Source of the DNA: Naegleria gruberi
Taxonomy: Eukaryota
DNA length: 64,000 nt
NCBI GenBank assembly: GCA_000004985.1
Contig: GG738854.1
Strand: one strand, 5' to 3'
Of the stretch, positions 41,136 to 52,500 are shown piece by piece; positions within the stretch are counted from its first letter, which is position 1, and the number at the start of each line of letters is the position of its first letter. A program made the translations under genes and the position numbers. The notes under the pieces were generated by a model. The model was given only the letters and a program-made list of their open reading frames with translations. It did no database searches and was not told the origin of the DNA.

Positions 41136-42326
41136 ATGAGTGAATTGAAAACCATCAAAGATCTGCGTTCCAATTTCACAGCCATCAAAAAGATTGTTCA
41201 GGATGGCGTTGCACAGGAACCTAATTCAAACACTTTAGGCACAATTATACGCTTGTTACAAAAGTATGAATATGATCCGAAAGAATTTTTTGGTACGGAG
41301 AAAGGCATTGATGAATATTCAATGTTGGAATTAAATATTTGTGATGACAGTAGTGAACAGAATATTTGTATGAAAACGATACTGTTGATTAATTCGTTTT
41401 GGTTATTGGAGGTGAAACTTGCTGCTAAGAATGCAAAAGAGTTTCGGCTATTTTTTAATTGCATTGAAAAGAAGGTTTTAACAAAGTTTTTTGATTGCCT
41501 GCAACGAATTTATAGAGAATCAAATGAAGGAGAGCTTAAAGAGTTCACAAGTGGAATGGAAAGTTTGGAGAAATGGCAACAGTTCATTTTACATTTGTAC
41601 ATGTGTATGAATAGTGACATTTATACTGGCGCTAATTCCCTAAATAATATAATGACATCACGTCCAACTATATTATTATCATTAGTGCTTTATCAACATT
41701 TTTCTGAAAAGAAGGAAAAATTCTTGAATGAGAATCCTGGAAAATCATTCAATTTGACAATAACTGAAAATTATCTCCTTTCTACTGCAATTCTTATTTC
41801 TGATGATTATGACCTCGACGAGATGAGTTCAGAATTAAAGCTTACCATGGACCACATTTCAAAAGTGTACATTGAATATTTATACAATTTGGTAGGGTTG
41901 ACCTTTGAACAAGATACTCCAAATCTAGTATCGCTTGGTATTGTTTCTGTGGCCCAACTATCAATACGTAATTGTGATTTTGTTCAAAGATTAATCAAAG
42001 ATGATTACAGAATTATACAAAATACAGAAAATTCAGTTATTATCACAGAAGATTTCATTAGTGAGAAAGTTCCAGACATCCAAAATAAGAAACGAAACCG
42101 TGGCGAAAGTGCTTTGGCGGTCAAAATTAAGCTGTTAACTCTAATTGATATTTTGCTAGATGCTGATTTTGAAGATTTCAATGAAAATCAAAAGGTAGAG
42201 TTTTGTCTGTACTTTAAAGAGTTGATTATTGAATCCCTTAATGATGAAATGATTAATGAGTCGGGAAGTTTAGTCGGTAAACAAGCTGTTGCCACAGCCA
42301 TTAGATCTATCTCAGTTGTTACTTAG
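41136..42326 (+). CDS. hypothetical helical protein, N-terminal part (possibly the 5' half of one ~830-aa gene)
   Basis: ATG at 41136 after an A6 run; 396 aa; ends at TAG 42324-42326. The next ORF (42384..43712) is in the same frame and the 57 nt between them are stop-free apart from this TAG. Confidence 0.45.
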   Translation: MSELKTIKDLRSNFTAIKKIVQDGVAQEPNSNTLGTIIRLLQKYEYDPKEFFGTEKGIDEYSMLELNICDDSSEQNICMKTILLINSFWLLEVKLAAKNAKEFRLFFNCIEKKVLTKFFDCLQRIYRESNEGELKEFTSGMESLEKWQQFILHLYMCMNSDIYTGANSLNNIMTSRPTILLSLVLYQHFSEKKEKFLNENPGKSFNLTITENYLLSTAILISDDYDLDEMSSELKLTMDHISKVYIEYLYNLVGLTFEQDTPNLVSLGIVSVAQLSIRNCDFVQRLIKDDYRIIQNTENSVIITEDFISEKVPDIQNKKRNRGESALAVKIKLLTLIDILLDADFEDFNENQKVEFCLYFKELIIESLNDEMINESGSLVGKQAVATAIRSISVVT

Positions 42327-42383
42327 ACTGAGGGTACTATAGATCTTTTATCAGACAATTTTAGGGAATACCTATTTAATATT

Positions 42384-43712
42384 TTGTTCTGGTGTAAGCG
42401 ATTGCTATTTTCCAAAAATAGTACAATTAGAGCAAGAACTTTCCGTTCCCTTTCGGATTTTTTCACTAAAACTAGTTATTATTCTGACGATTTGATGGAG
42501 GCAATTATCAAATCACATGAATTGAATTTAGAGGAGGTACCAGATTATTTTGACATGTTGAGAGGAATTGCCAAAATTATGACAAACGTAAAAATTGGTG
42601 AATCTGTTGCGGAAAGCTTCAAATCCTTAATATTTACCTTATTTGAAAACATTTGTGTGGAAAATTTTTTGGTCAGTTTAAAAAAAACAAATGACGAAAG
42701 GAAGAAAATGCACTATATGAACATTGACAAATTCTTTCGTATGATAGAGGTTACGTATCTCATGATGGTAAATGATATTGACCTATTAGAAAGATTGCTT
42801 GTATTCATTGAAAAACAGACAGAGGTTATGAAGTGCACTTTATCAAGTGACCTTCTTCCATCATTTGCCTTGACCCTTAAAGAAATTATCAAATCAACTG
42901 ATAGAAATACTCTATTGGAGGTGTTTGACCAGCTAGAATATTATCCATTCTTGGTCAATTTTATTTCATTTTACTTTGCTAATGGTGACGCAGATCCAAA
43001 CTTTGAAATGAGTCCAATATTCACATTGTTGGGATGCTTTAGCGATTCCACGATACTGCACACCCATTTTTCCTTTGTTTCTGAGGTACTTGGCGAAGAT
43101 CAAGATTATATCTATGATTTCTTATTGCCAATTATAATCCGTAATGCCATTCTACCAAAATCTGCTTTGGAAACTACTGACCCAGACCAAGCAATATTCT
43201 TTGTAGAAAAGATCAAAGAAGTTCATTATGCACTGAGCAGAATAGTGAGCAATGATATTTTAATTAATGGAGGAGTAATCTCTTCTATGATATTGCAACA
43301 AACTATTGGTCCAATAACTAGTAATGCAACACAACTCAAAGCATTCGATAATCTGGTTGAATCGGATTTACTAAACAAGTACATGGAGAACATGTTCTTT
43401 ACCATGCTTGCTTGTGGAAAGGAGACACTGAAACAGTTCCCCCAACTTGCCAAAATTCTTTCCCATCTGTATGATACTACATATTCAAAGGAATTTCCTG
43501 ATAGTGAGCAATTCTTATTTTCCTCCTTTTTGGAATTAATGGAATACGCAATTGATAATGAAGTTTTAAAAGTTGGATATAATGAATGTGAATGGATGGA
43601 AAATGCTGAAGTAAATATCATTCCCAAATGTAAATCATCTCTGAGATCTCAATGTAAAAGAGTCATTATGAAGATATTGATAGAACTTAAATACGAAGAA
43701 GATAGTGATTGA
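42384..43712 (+). CDS. hypothetical helical protein, C-terminal part (in frame with 41136..42326)
   Basis: The track ORF begins with a non-ATG codon (TTG). The first internal ATG is about 36 codons in, yet the upstream sequence is coding-like and not AT-rich intergenic. This supports continuity with the preceding ORF, by a 66- or 78-nt intron (42277..42342 or 42277..42354) or read-through/sequence error at the TAG. Confidence 0.45.
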   Translation: MFWCKRLLFSKNSTIRARTFRSLSDFFTKTSYYSDDLMEAIIKSHELNLEEVPDYFDMLRGIAKIMTNVKIGESVAESFKSLIFTLFENICVENFLVSLKKTNDERKKMHYMNIDKFFRMIEVTYLMMVNDIDLLERLLVFIEKQTEVMKCTLSSDLLPSFALTLKEIIKSTDRNTLLEVFDQLEYYPFLVNFISFYFANGDADPNFEMSPIFTLLGCFSDSTILHTHFSFVSEVLGEDQDYIYDFLLPIIIRNAILPKSALETTDPDQAIFFVEKIKEVHYALSRIVSNDILINGGVISSMILQQTIGPITSNATQLKAFDNLVESDLLNKYMENMFFTMLACGKETLKQFPQLAKILSHLYDTTYSKEFPDSEQFLFSSFLELMEYAIDNEVLKVGYNECEWMENAEVNIIPKCKSSLRSQCKRVIMKILIELKYEEDSD

Positions 43713-44028
43713 TTCTTCTTTTCAAAAAACTATTTAGCAATCTTTTTCATATTAAATCGCTATTGCCTTTTTATGAGATATCAACAAGCAGTCTATTTAT
43801 TACTTGATTTTGTAAAGTTTTTTCTTTTCCTATCATCTTTCTGCTCAAAAAAAATCCACTTTAACTCTTGTTAATTCCATTGGTGAGTAGTGTCGATAGA
43901 TCTGTAAGCGTTTTGGCTCATTAACCTTTTCGTGAGTATCCCCGCCTTAGTTACAATCGCTTTTCCATCGAACCAGTAATCTCCAGTCTGCACTTGAAGA
44001 ACCAAAGTCACGTTGATCTCAAAAAAAA

Positions 44029-46281
44029 ATGTTTAGTAACTGCCATCATCATGATGATGCTGAACGTGTAGTAATTATATTGGACGATCATGACAAATTT
44101 ATGGAACAATTATTGAATAGCAAATATAAACAAGAACGAAATTTATCATGCTACAAACAAATATTAAAATATTTAACTAATACGAGAGGTTTAATATTAA
44201 AGTATTATGAATTACCTGTTATATTACGAAGAGATCGGAGATTCATCACTGAAATTGCACAAACTTTTGAATTTTACCAACAATTACCTGAAGAATTTAA
44301 ATCCGATAAACAAGTAATGCTAAATTGTTTTAAAAAGAAAGTATTTAATGGAAGTGATATTAAGAGTGGATATATTCCCTCTAATTTAATGAATGATAGG
44401 AAATTTATATTGGAATTAATTGAAGGAAATCCAACATGTCTCTATTTAGTACCGAAAGAAAGAGAATTCGTGTTGGCAGCAATGAAACACGATATTATAT
44501 ATTTGGGATTTCTCCCAGGAAGTGAAAAGAAGAATGAATCATACATGTGGGAATTGTTTTTGAAAAATTGGGAAAATTTAAGATTTGCAAGTGGTGAATT
44601 ACTAAATAATCCATCATTTGCTATAAAAGTAAGAAAGCATGATACCAATACTTTCAACTATTATTGTGGACGGCCACATTTGGCGGTTCATGCAAGGGAT
44701 AAATTTCGAAATAATAGAGAATATGTGCTTTTTGCTATTTTACATGGAAAAGCTGATTTTACAATGATAAAAAAGGTATTTCAAGCGGATTTGGAAATTA
44801 AAATGGCAAATAATATTAAAACTGATGCCTCCTTATGGAAATTAAAGGAAGAATGGGCAAATGACAAGGAAATGATTTTGAAATATGTCAAACATAATTC
44901 AAATATATTGAAATTTATTAATTTGGAATTACTACAGGATTATGAATTTAATATTAAATTAATTTACAAAAATATTGAAAGTATTCAATTTATTAATGAA
45001 TGCAATACTAATTTTAAACAATTATTTACACAATCAGATAAAACTGAATTAATTTCTAGATATTTAAGCAACAAAAAATTTAACATTAATTCCAAAATTA
45101 TAAATCCAACTAATATTAGAGCATTTGGTTCCAAAATTAATTATATACATTTTATAGAGGAATATTTAAATGAAAACGATTTAATTTATATAACAAGTAA
45201 TATTGATGGACAAGCATGTTACGGTTTGTTAAACGTAATTTCCAATAAGAAAATTTTCAATGAATGCTTACAATTATGGAAAATAACAGTTAAAAAGCAT
45301 TATTCATGTTATGAATTATTTAATATAAAATATACCAAACAAGATATTATTGAGATAATTTCATCCATGCATGAATCTCCTTTTCCATTCCTGGCACACA
45401 TTGATAGAAATGTATTTAGCTCTGAGAGTGAAGTTCTTCTCATTGCAATTCAAACCCATTTCAAGTGCTTTGAATTGGCAAGTAAAGAACTGAAATCTGA
45501 CTTGAATTTTATTAGAAAGTCAGTCAATTTAAATAGAAATATTATTAAAGTAATAGATTTGCAAATTGTACAAGATAATTTGGATTTATTGATTATTTAT
45601 ATAAATTATAAATTAAAAATCAATACCATGTATGGATATCAAAATAGCGCTCATGCATTAAATCCATTAATTAACATATTAGCAAAACATTTACAAAATG
45701 AGGATACAGTTTTACAATTAGTAGAAATACCCCAATTTGTAAATTTATTTTATGGCCATATAGATATTAATTTAAGATCAAGTGAGGAATTCTGTTTAAA
45801 AATATTAAAAACAGATTTGAATAATGCCACTAAAATTCCAAATTTAATTAAATATAGAAATTTCATAATTGAATTTCTAAAAGAGGGAAAATCCATTACA
45901 TTCATTCCTAAAATATTCGAACAGGATGAGGAATTTTTACATTTATTTTTTAAAAACTGGAATCGTACGGAATACCTTCCAATATTACCAGCGGATGAAA
46001 TTTTTATTGGTATTCTAATTAAGGAATTGAAAATTAACCCATCCATATATAGAAATTTTAATAATAGTGATCCGTTGAAACATAATTGGGATATATTATT
46101 GAATGTTGCCAGAGATGTAAATAGCTGTTTAGTTTTTCCCACCACAATATGGCAAGATGAGAATTTTAAATTGGAACTTGTGAAGAGAGGAATTTTTCCA
46201 CCTTCCTTTTTGAAACATTTTAATAGCATTTTGAACGATATGGATTTGATTGTAGAAAATGGTTTTTACTTGATTCAATAA
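44029..46281 (+). CDS. DUF4116 repeat-containing protein
   Basis: 750-aa ATG ORF after an A9 run. At least 8 tandem ~30-aa repeats of the DUF4116 type ('D/N-+-E/Q-hydrophobic-hydrophobic-L-x-hydrophobic-hydrophobic-K-x-N'): 'DKQVMLNCFKKKVFNGSDI', 'DRKFILELIEGNPTCLYLV', 'EREFVLAAMKHDIIYLGF', 'NPSFAIKVRKHDTNTFNYY', 'NREYVLFAILHGKADFTMI', 'DKEMILKYVKHNSNILKFI', 'DYEFNIKLIYKNIESIQFI'. Confidence 0.55.
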   Translation: MFSNCHHHDDAERVVIILDDHDKFMEQLLNSKYKQERNLSCYKQILKYLTNTRGLILKYYELPVILRRDRRFITEIAQTFEFYQQLPEEFKSDKQVMLNCFKKKVFNGSDIKSGYIPSNLMNDRKFILELIEGNPTCLYLVPKEREFVLAAMKHDIIYLGFLPGSEKKNESYMWELFLKNWENLRFASGELLNNPSFAIKVRKHDTNTFNYYCGRPHLAVHARDKFRNNREYVLFAILHGKADFTMIKKVFQADLEIKMANNIKTDASLWKLKEEWANDKEMILKYVKHNSNILKFINLELLQDYEFNIKLIYKNIESIQFINECNTNFKQLFTQSDKTELISRYLSNKKFNINSKIINPTNIRAFGSKINYIHFIEEYLNENDLIYITSNIDGQACYGLLNVISNKKIFNECLQLWKITVKKHYSCYELFNIKYTKQDIIEIISSMHESPFPFLAHIDRNVFSSESEVLLIAIQTHFKCFELASKELKSDLNFIRKSVNLNRNIIKVIDLQIVQDNLDLLIIYINYKLKINTMYGYQNSAHALNPLINILAKHLQNEDTVLQLVEIPQFVNLFYGHIDINLRSSEEFCLKILKTDLNNATKIPNLIKYRNFIIEFLKEGKSITFIPKIFEQDEEFLHLFFKNWNRTEYLPILPADEIFIGILIKELKINPSIYRNFNNSDPLKHNWDILLNVARDVNSCLVFPTTIWQDENFKLELVKRGIFPPSFLKHFNSILNDMDLIVENGFYLIQ

Positions 46282-46943
46282 CCCTATTTATTCATCTTCA
46301 ATATACTGCTGCAAAAATAAATCAAATAAATGAAGATAAGCTTATTAAACTAGGAAGGAATACAGAATTAACCGACAAATCACTAAAGAAAGATAAACAA
46401 GCTTCATCATCAAAGAACAGTAAGGAAGAAAATCCTGAGGAAATCAATAGAAAGTGGCATTTAAATTCTAGAAGGAAAAGAAATCCACAACAGTTTAAAA
46501 CTCTTTCTCCCTAAAGAAGAAACTAAACAAATAGAGACAAACATGAAGCTTTTATCATCTGGCTCATCGACGATTATAAGTAATACATCATGTTGATTAA
46601 GAGTTTGATTATTAAAATGTCTAACAAGGTCCAAAATGTAAGATTGTGAAATTGTATTCACGTATCATAAGTAAGAAGATGTTGTCCTTTCCAATTGAAA
46701 CATTTTTTTGATAAGAAAACTATTTCTAGAATTGAAATTGCCAGAATCAATAAGGGTTCTGAAGTAAAGGTGTTAAAGAAGAGAGATTGGAGGAAACAAG
46801 TTCAATTGGAAAGAGAAAAATGTATAAATTCATGCATTTTCCTCAAATATTCTCCATTGGAAAGAAATCAATGAATTGTGAATTTAGGTAAATTCTGATA
46901 AATTTCCAAATTAAATAAAAAACTCTCAGAGTTTATATGTAAA

Positions 46944-48452
46944 TTACATAACTGGATTTGTAATGATAATGTCAATATCGAAAAGTTGATGGTTTTCTGG
47001 TGATTCATGCAAGTATGTTTTCAGTTTTGCAAGCATTTCCTTCTCACTCTTTGATGTAAATATTGGGAGATATGGTGAGCAAGCAACCATAGTATTCCAA
47101 CCTCCGCATGCAACACAAACAGCTTTCAATTGGATATTTCCCCCAGAGTTGATTTTCATAGAGTCTGGGAATAAATTCATTTCTGATAGAGTTGTTTGAG
47201 TTTTCAAAATTCCTGGTTGATTTTGTTCCTCCTTTGTACTTTGATTGAATCCACTGTGTCCAAACAAGTAAGCTTTACCTTCAGAATCAAGAGCTGCTGA
47301 GTGATAACCTCCACAACTCACTTGAACAATATTCTTGAAATTTTTGTGTTCAAATAAACGACAATCCTCAGCACCACTCTCGGATTTTCTATTGAGACAA
47401 TTATATTGATTTCTTCCGCATGAGTAGACCACCCCTTCCTGAGTAGTAAATAAGGTGTGATAGTAACCAGAGTCAGCTGTCACTACTTTGTGATTAAATC
47501 CTTCAACCTTTTTTGTTGTATGCTTTCCATTTGCTGATCCAAAAAGCATATGACCCAATTCACCACAAGCATAAACTTCTCCCTGATCAGTAATGAAAAA
47601 ACTATAGTCATAACCACCAGATGCAGAAATTAATTTAGGGATTCCAGTGATTTTAGTGATAGCTCTTCCAAAACCTTGCCCACAACAGTAGGCATTTCCA
47701 TCAAAACTTACAAAGATTGAATGATAGTAACCTGCGTGAATGGATCTGATCTTTTCAGGTATATCAATCTTGTGTGTCAAACCTTTGTATCCTTCACTCA
47801 ATTGACCATGAGAGTTATCTCCACAGCCGTACACATCACCTTCCTTGGATAAAAACAATGTAAAGTAATATCCACAAGATGCTTGAACAATAAAGTGAGG
47901 AATTAATTCAGAAAAAATTTTAAAATCTTTCAATTCACTTTCTGATCTATCAACTCCGACCTGACCATTAGAATTAGAACCACAGCCCAATGCAAATCCA
48001 TCTTCAGTAATTGCAATAGCTTCTGTATAGCCCATAACGACTGAACTAATCTTGAATGGTGATCGAATATATGCAGGATTCTCAGCATCAGAAATTGCGA
48101 TCCAATTATCACCAAGGCCTCTCATCGAACTAGTTTCACCAAAACTAAACAAAACAGCTTGGGAAGCTTCCAACAGAGAGAAGGATGTTGGTTCGGATTT
48201 ATCGTTACGATAGGCTATTCTAGCTTTTATCATTTCTTTAAATTTAGCAGTATAGAAAGTAGCCTGATCTTTACGAAACTTGGTATCTTGACTTTGATAG
48301 GAGGCATCAATGTGAGGAATACTCATACTAGGAATAATTCCAATAGCACCAAATGATTTGGATTCACCTTGAAGACCACCCGATCCATTGTTTGAAGTTT
48401 CGGTTGATGATTTTGGTTTCTTCTTGAAAATGTTGGTGACGAAAGAAAGCAT
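46944..48452 (-). CDS. RCC1-repeat (regulator of chromosome condensation-like) beta-propeller protein
   Basis: 502 aa; ATG at 48452 after an A-run. Six or seven RCC1 blades with the 'G.V+.CG.N..GQLG' signature: 'GFALGCGSNSNGQVGVD', 'GDVYGCGDNSHGQLSEG', 'GNAYCCGQGFGRA', 'GEVYACGELGHMLFG', 'GVVYSCGRNQYNCLN', 'GKAYLFGHSGFNQS'. Confidence 0.7.
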   Translation of the reverse strand: MLSFVTNIFKKKPKSSTETSNNGSGGLQGESKSFGAIGIIPSMSIPHIDASYQSQDTKFRKDQATFYTAKFKEMIKARIAYRNDKSEPTSFSLLEASQAVLFSFGETSSMRGLGDNWIAISDAENPAYIRSPFKISSVVMGYTEAIAITEDGFALGCGSNSNGQVGVDRSESELKDFKIFSELIPHFIVQASCGYYFTLFLSKEGDVYGCGDNSHGQLSEGYKGLTHKIDIPEKIRSIHAGYYHSIFVSFDGNAYCCGQGFGRAITKITGIPKLISASGGYDYSFFITDQGEVYACGELGHMLFGSANGKHTTKKVEGFNHKVVTADSGYYHTLFTTQEGVVYSCGRNQYNCLNRKSESGAEDCRLFEHKNFKNIVQVSCGGYHSAALDSEGKAYLFGHSGFNQSTKEEQNQPGILKTQTTLSEMNLFPDSMKINSGGNIQLKAVCVACGGWNTMVACSPYLPIFTSKSEKEMLAKLKTYLHESPENHQLFDIDIIITNPVM

Positions 48453-49503
48453 TTTTTTTAATGTTCTTCTTGATTCGAAAGTGAAATGTGAAAGGAGAGG
48501 AGGCCTTCTTTTGAAGTTACCATTTGGAGAACATTGGAAAGTTACATAATTTCTTATGATACTCCAATAGGGTTTTAAAAATCCTATATATTACAACATT
48601 TAGTAAATAAATTATATTTAATTTCTTACCTAAATTCATTGGAATGATAGTAAGGATGAAGAAAATGAGGACGAGGAGAACATTATGATATTGTTGTTGA
48701 TGACGTTGTTGTAACATTTTTTAAGGCTATTAATATCATCATGTTCATGAACAACAGGAGAACACAACGATTAAGCGCGCCCGAGTATATTTGTGTTGAT
48801 GATATGGCTAAGGAAATAATATTTGTTCTGATGATTAATTAATTGTTATTGGTTGAGGAATTTAAACGATGGTGTGATGGTGGTAATGATATTAAATAAC
48901 TGAGTTGGTTTTGTTGAAGAGTTGATGATAGAGAGTGTGTTGTGTAAATTTGTGTGAAGAAAAGCAATCTATTCATGAAGATTTCTTCTCTGAAATGTAT
49001 TTTGAGAATTGGTATTGGTATTATTAATCCATCATGATGAGAGCCACAAGCAGTTTTCACTAATTTTTTAATTTGTTGTTTTTTGTTTAATTTTCATAAC
49101 GGAAACAACCGCGCCAAAAAAATGTCTTCTAATTGTTAGTCGGATTTGGACAACAAGAAACAAAATCAAACGGAAGATTGTTTATTGCACATAATTTGGC
49201 TCAATGCTACCTCTATGTAGTCGGCTTTATGGATTTGATGCAAATTAAATAATTAACAAAAACACACCAAGCCTTGAAGAAATTAAATTACAATATTAAT
49301 TATTATGTTATTGGGCAATTAAGCGAAATAATGAAAGAAGAAACCACTAGAACCCTTTCACCCATTATCAATCATTATTGCAATAGGAGTCGTTTCGCTT
49401 TTATAGCAATCGCGTAATTTCTTACTTCCAACTCCTGTCAAACTAAACCCAACTCAAACACACATGTAGATCTTGAACATACCATCAGAACATTCAGCAA
49501 AAA

Positions 49504-52500
49504 ATGTATCGAATGGGTTTATTTGAATGCCTTCAGTTGTTGATTGTTTGTTGTTTGACATTGGCAATGATAAGTTGTTCTAATGCCCAGACCAGATCAG
49601 TTGATTACAAAATAACAACACTTGCTGGAGGATTGTATGGAGAAGGAGTGAGAGCAACAAATGTTGGTATTAATGGACCGTTTGGTGTTTATTCATCATC
49701 TCTTTCTGGTGGGAACGTTTATTACACAGATGTTTCATATGGGCAAGTGAGATTTGTTGATTCGAATGGAATTTCACATCTTGTTGCTGGCTCACCAACT
49801 TATCATACAGGAACAGCCACAGATAGCTTGACTTTTGCAAATGATACCTTGAACATGCCACACAGTATTTCGTTCAATTCGAATGGAGAGATGTTTATTG
49901 CAGAGTACAACGCAACAAGGATTAGAAAGGTTTATTACAATTCAACTATTGGAGATTACAGTATGATTACTGTTGCTGGAGGTGGTTCTTCTCTTAGCAG
50001 TAACATTTCAGCTCTCAATGCCAAGTTCTCTCAACCTCGATGTGTTGTTGTTTCGCCAAATAATGAAGTTTACATTTGTGATACAGGTAATTACATGATC
50101 AGAAAGATTGTGAATGGTGTTGTGTATAATATTGTTGGAAATGGACAGCAGGGATCAAGTACTGATGGCACTCTTGCTGTCAATGCCAAAGTTTCTCTGG
50201 TATTGAGTGTTGCCTTTCATCCAGTGAGTGGTGAATTGTTCTTTTCTGATTATTCCAATAATGCAATCAAGTATGTCATGAATAATGGCAGCATTTTCAC
50301 ATATGCAACATCTAGTGGCCCTTATGGAATTGCTTTCGACTCGAGTGGCGATAATTTATATGTGGCAGAGTATGGATCTAACAAGATTGTTAAATTCACT
50401 AATGGTGTTAGATCTGTAATTGTCAATACTTTGGGCACAAAAAGTTTCAGTGGAGATGGTGGTAGTTCTTTGAGTGCAACCATCAATCTTCCTGCTGGTA
50501 TTGCACTGAATGGAAATAATCTCTACTTTGCTGATACTGCCAACAATCGTATTAGAGTGGTCAATTTACAAACCAGTATTGTGAATACTATTGCAGGTGA
50601 TGGAACTGCAAGATTCCTTGGAGCTTACTCTGGATCAAGATCAGATGTTTCATTATTTAGACCAGAGACAACATTTTACAATTCACAGACTGATGAGTTG
50701 CTGGTGGCCGACACCCTCAATCATCGCGTAGTTAGAATCAACTCACTGACAAATATCAATACATCCCCAATTGAATCTATTGCTGGTTATACTGGTATTG
50801 CTAGCAATGATGTTGCAGGCAAGTTGGGAAATCAAACCTATCTCAATTATCCATACTCTGTAGCTCAATCAGAAACTAGTGGTGATGTCTATTTTGGAAC
50901 CACTAATTTTGTTTACAAATGGGGAAAGAAAGATCAAAAGATTACACTCATTGCTGGATCGAGTAGTACATTGGCAGGCGATAATTATCTTGCTGTTGGT
51001 TCACAATTATATCAACCAGCTGGTATGGCCTTTGCTTCAAATGGAGATTTATATTTTTGTGATTCTAATAATCATGCTATTAGAAAGATTGATACTCAAG
51101 GTGTGATTACAACACTAACTGGAAATGGAACAGCAGGATTCCAAGATGGTGATGCTGCAAGTGCACTTTTCAATAGTCCAGCTAGTATTGCCTTATTACC
51201 AAATGGCGATTTTCTAGTTGCTGATTTTACCAATTCTAGAATTAGAAAATATGTTGCCAGTACCAAACAAGTTGTTACTATTGCTGGTAATTCAACTCTT
51301 GGTTTCTATGGAGATAATGGACTGGCTTCAAAGGCACTTCTAAACAAACCTACAGGTGTTTTCTATAATTCCACATCAGGTGATATTTTGATTGCTGATT
51401 ATTTCAATTTCAGAATTAGAAAAATTTCCAATAATACAGGAATTATTACAACCATTGCTGGATCTGGTTCAACCAGCTACAATGGAGATGGATTGGCAGC
51501 AACATCTACAAGTATGGCTCCATACGGATTGGCAGTAAATCCAATTAGTGGGGAGCTGTTCTTTACTGATAATGCCAACTTTCTTGTTAGAAGAATTGAT
51601 GCCAGCTCTAAGGTTCACACAGTAATTGGTGTTGCTAAAAGTACAATTTTCAATGTAACCAGTTTGGCCAATTCAACTGGTTTATCTTCAATTTCGTTCT
51701 TGACATTTTCACCAAGTGGTGATCTTTATGTTTCTTGCTTTGGACAACATGTCATCAAAAAGATGAGTTATGGTAGCGATATTGTTTATAATGTAGCTGG
51801 TACAGGAAATACAGATTTGAATGGAGATGGATTGGAAGCAACATTGACCAATCTTTATCAACCAATTGCTGTAGCTTACTCTCCTACTTCCAGTGAATTA
51901 TACTTTTCTGATTATTTACATGATAGAGTGAGAAAAATAACCTCTTCAGGATTGGTTGAAACAGTTGCAGGAGGTTTAGGTGATAAGGGATTGGCTGTTA
52001 ATGCAAAAATCAGAGGTGTTTCATCAATATTACTGGTAGACAATGATTTATATATCTCTGATGCATTCAATTATAGAATTCGTAAAATTTCCCTCTCAAC
52101 TGGTATTATTGATTCCATTGTTGGAGCATCATATGCATCTATTTACAATGGAGATAACTTGGCCAATCAAACCAATATTAACTATGTATGGGATCTGAGA
52201 ATTCAAAACGGTGAACTTGTATTTGCTGACATGAACAATAACTTAATTAGGAAAACAAGTTTATCTGGTAAAGGAAAGGTAACAACCATTGCTGGTATGG
52301 GTACAAACAATGCTTCGATTATTATCGATAATGTCAAGGCAACAAGTGCCTATTTGAAAAACCCTGGTTCTGTTGCATTCTTACCAACTGGTGATATGAT
52401 TATTGCAGAGACAGAAGGTCATATCATTAGAAAGGTTGATTTGAATGGCAATATTTCACTCATTGCTGGATCATTCTTCCAACCAGGTTTCAATGGTGAC

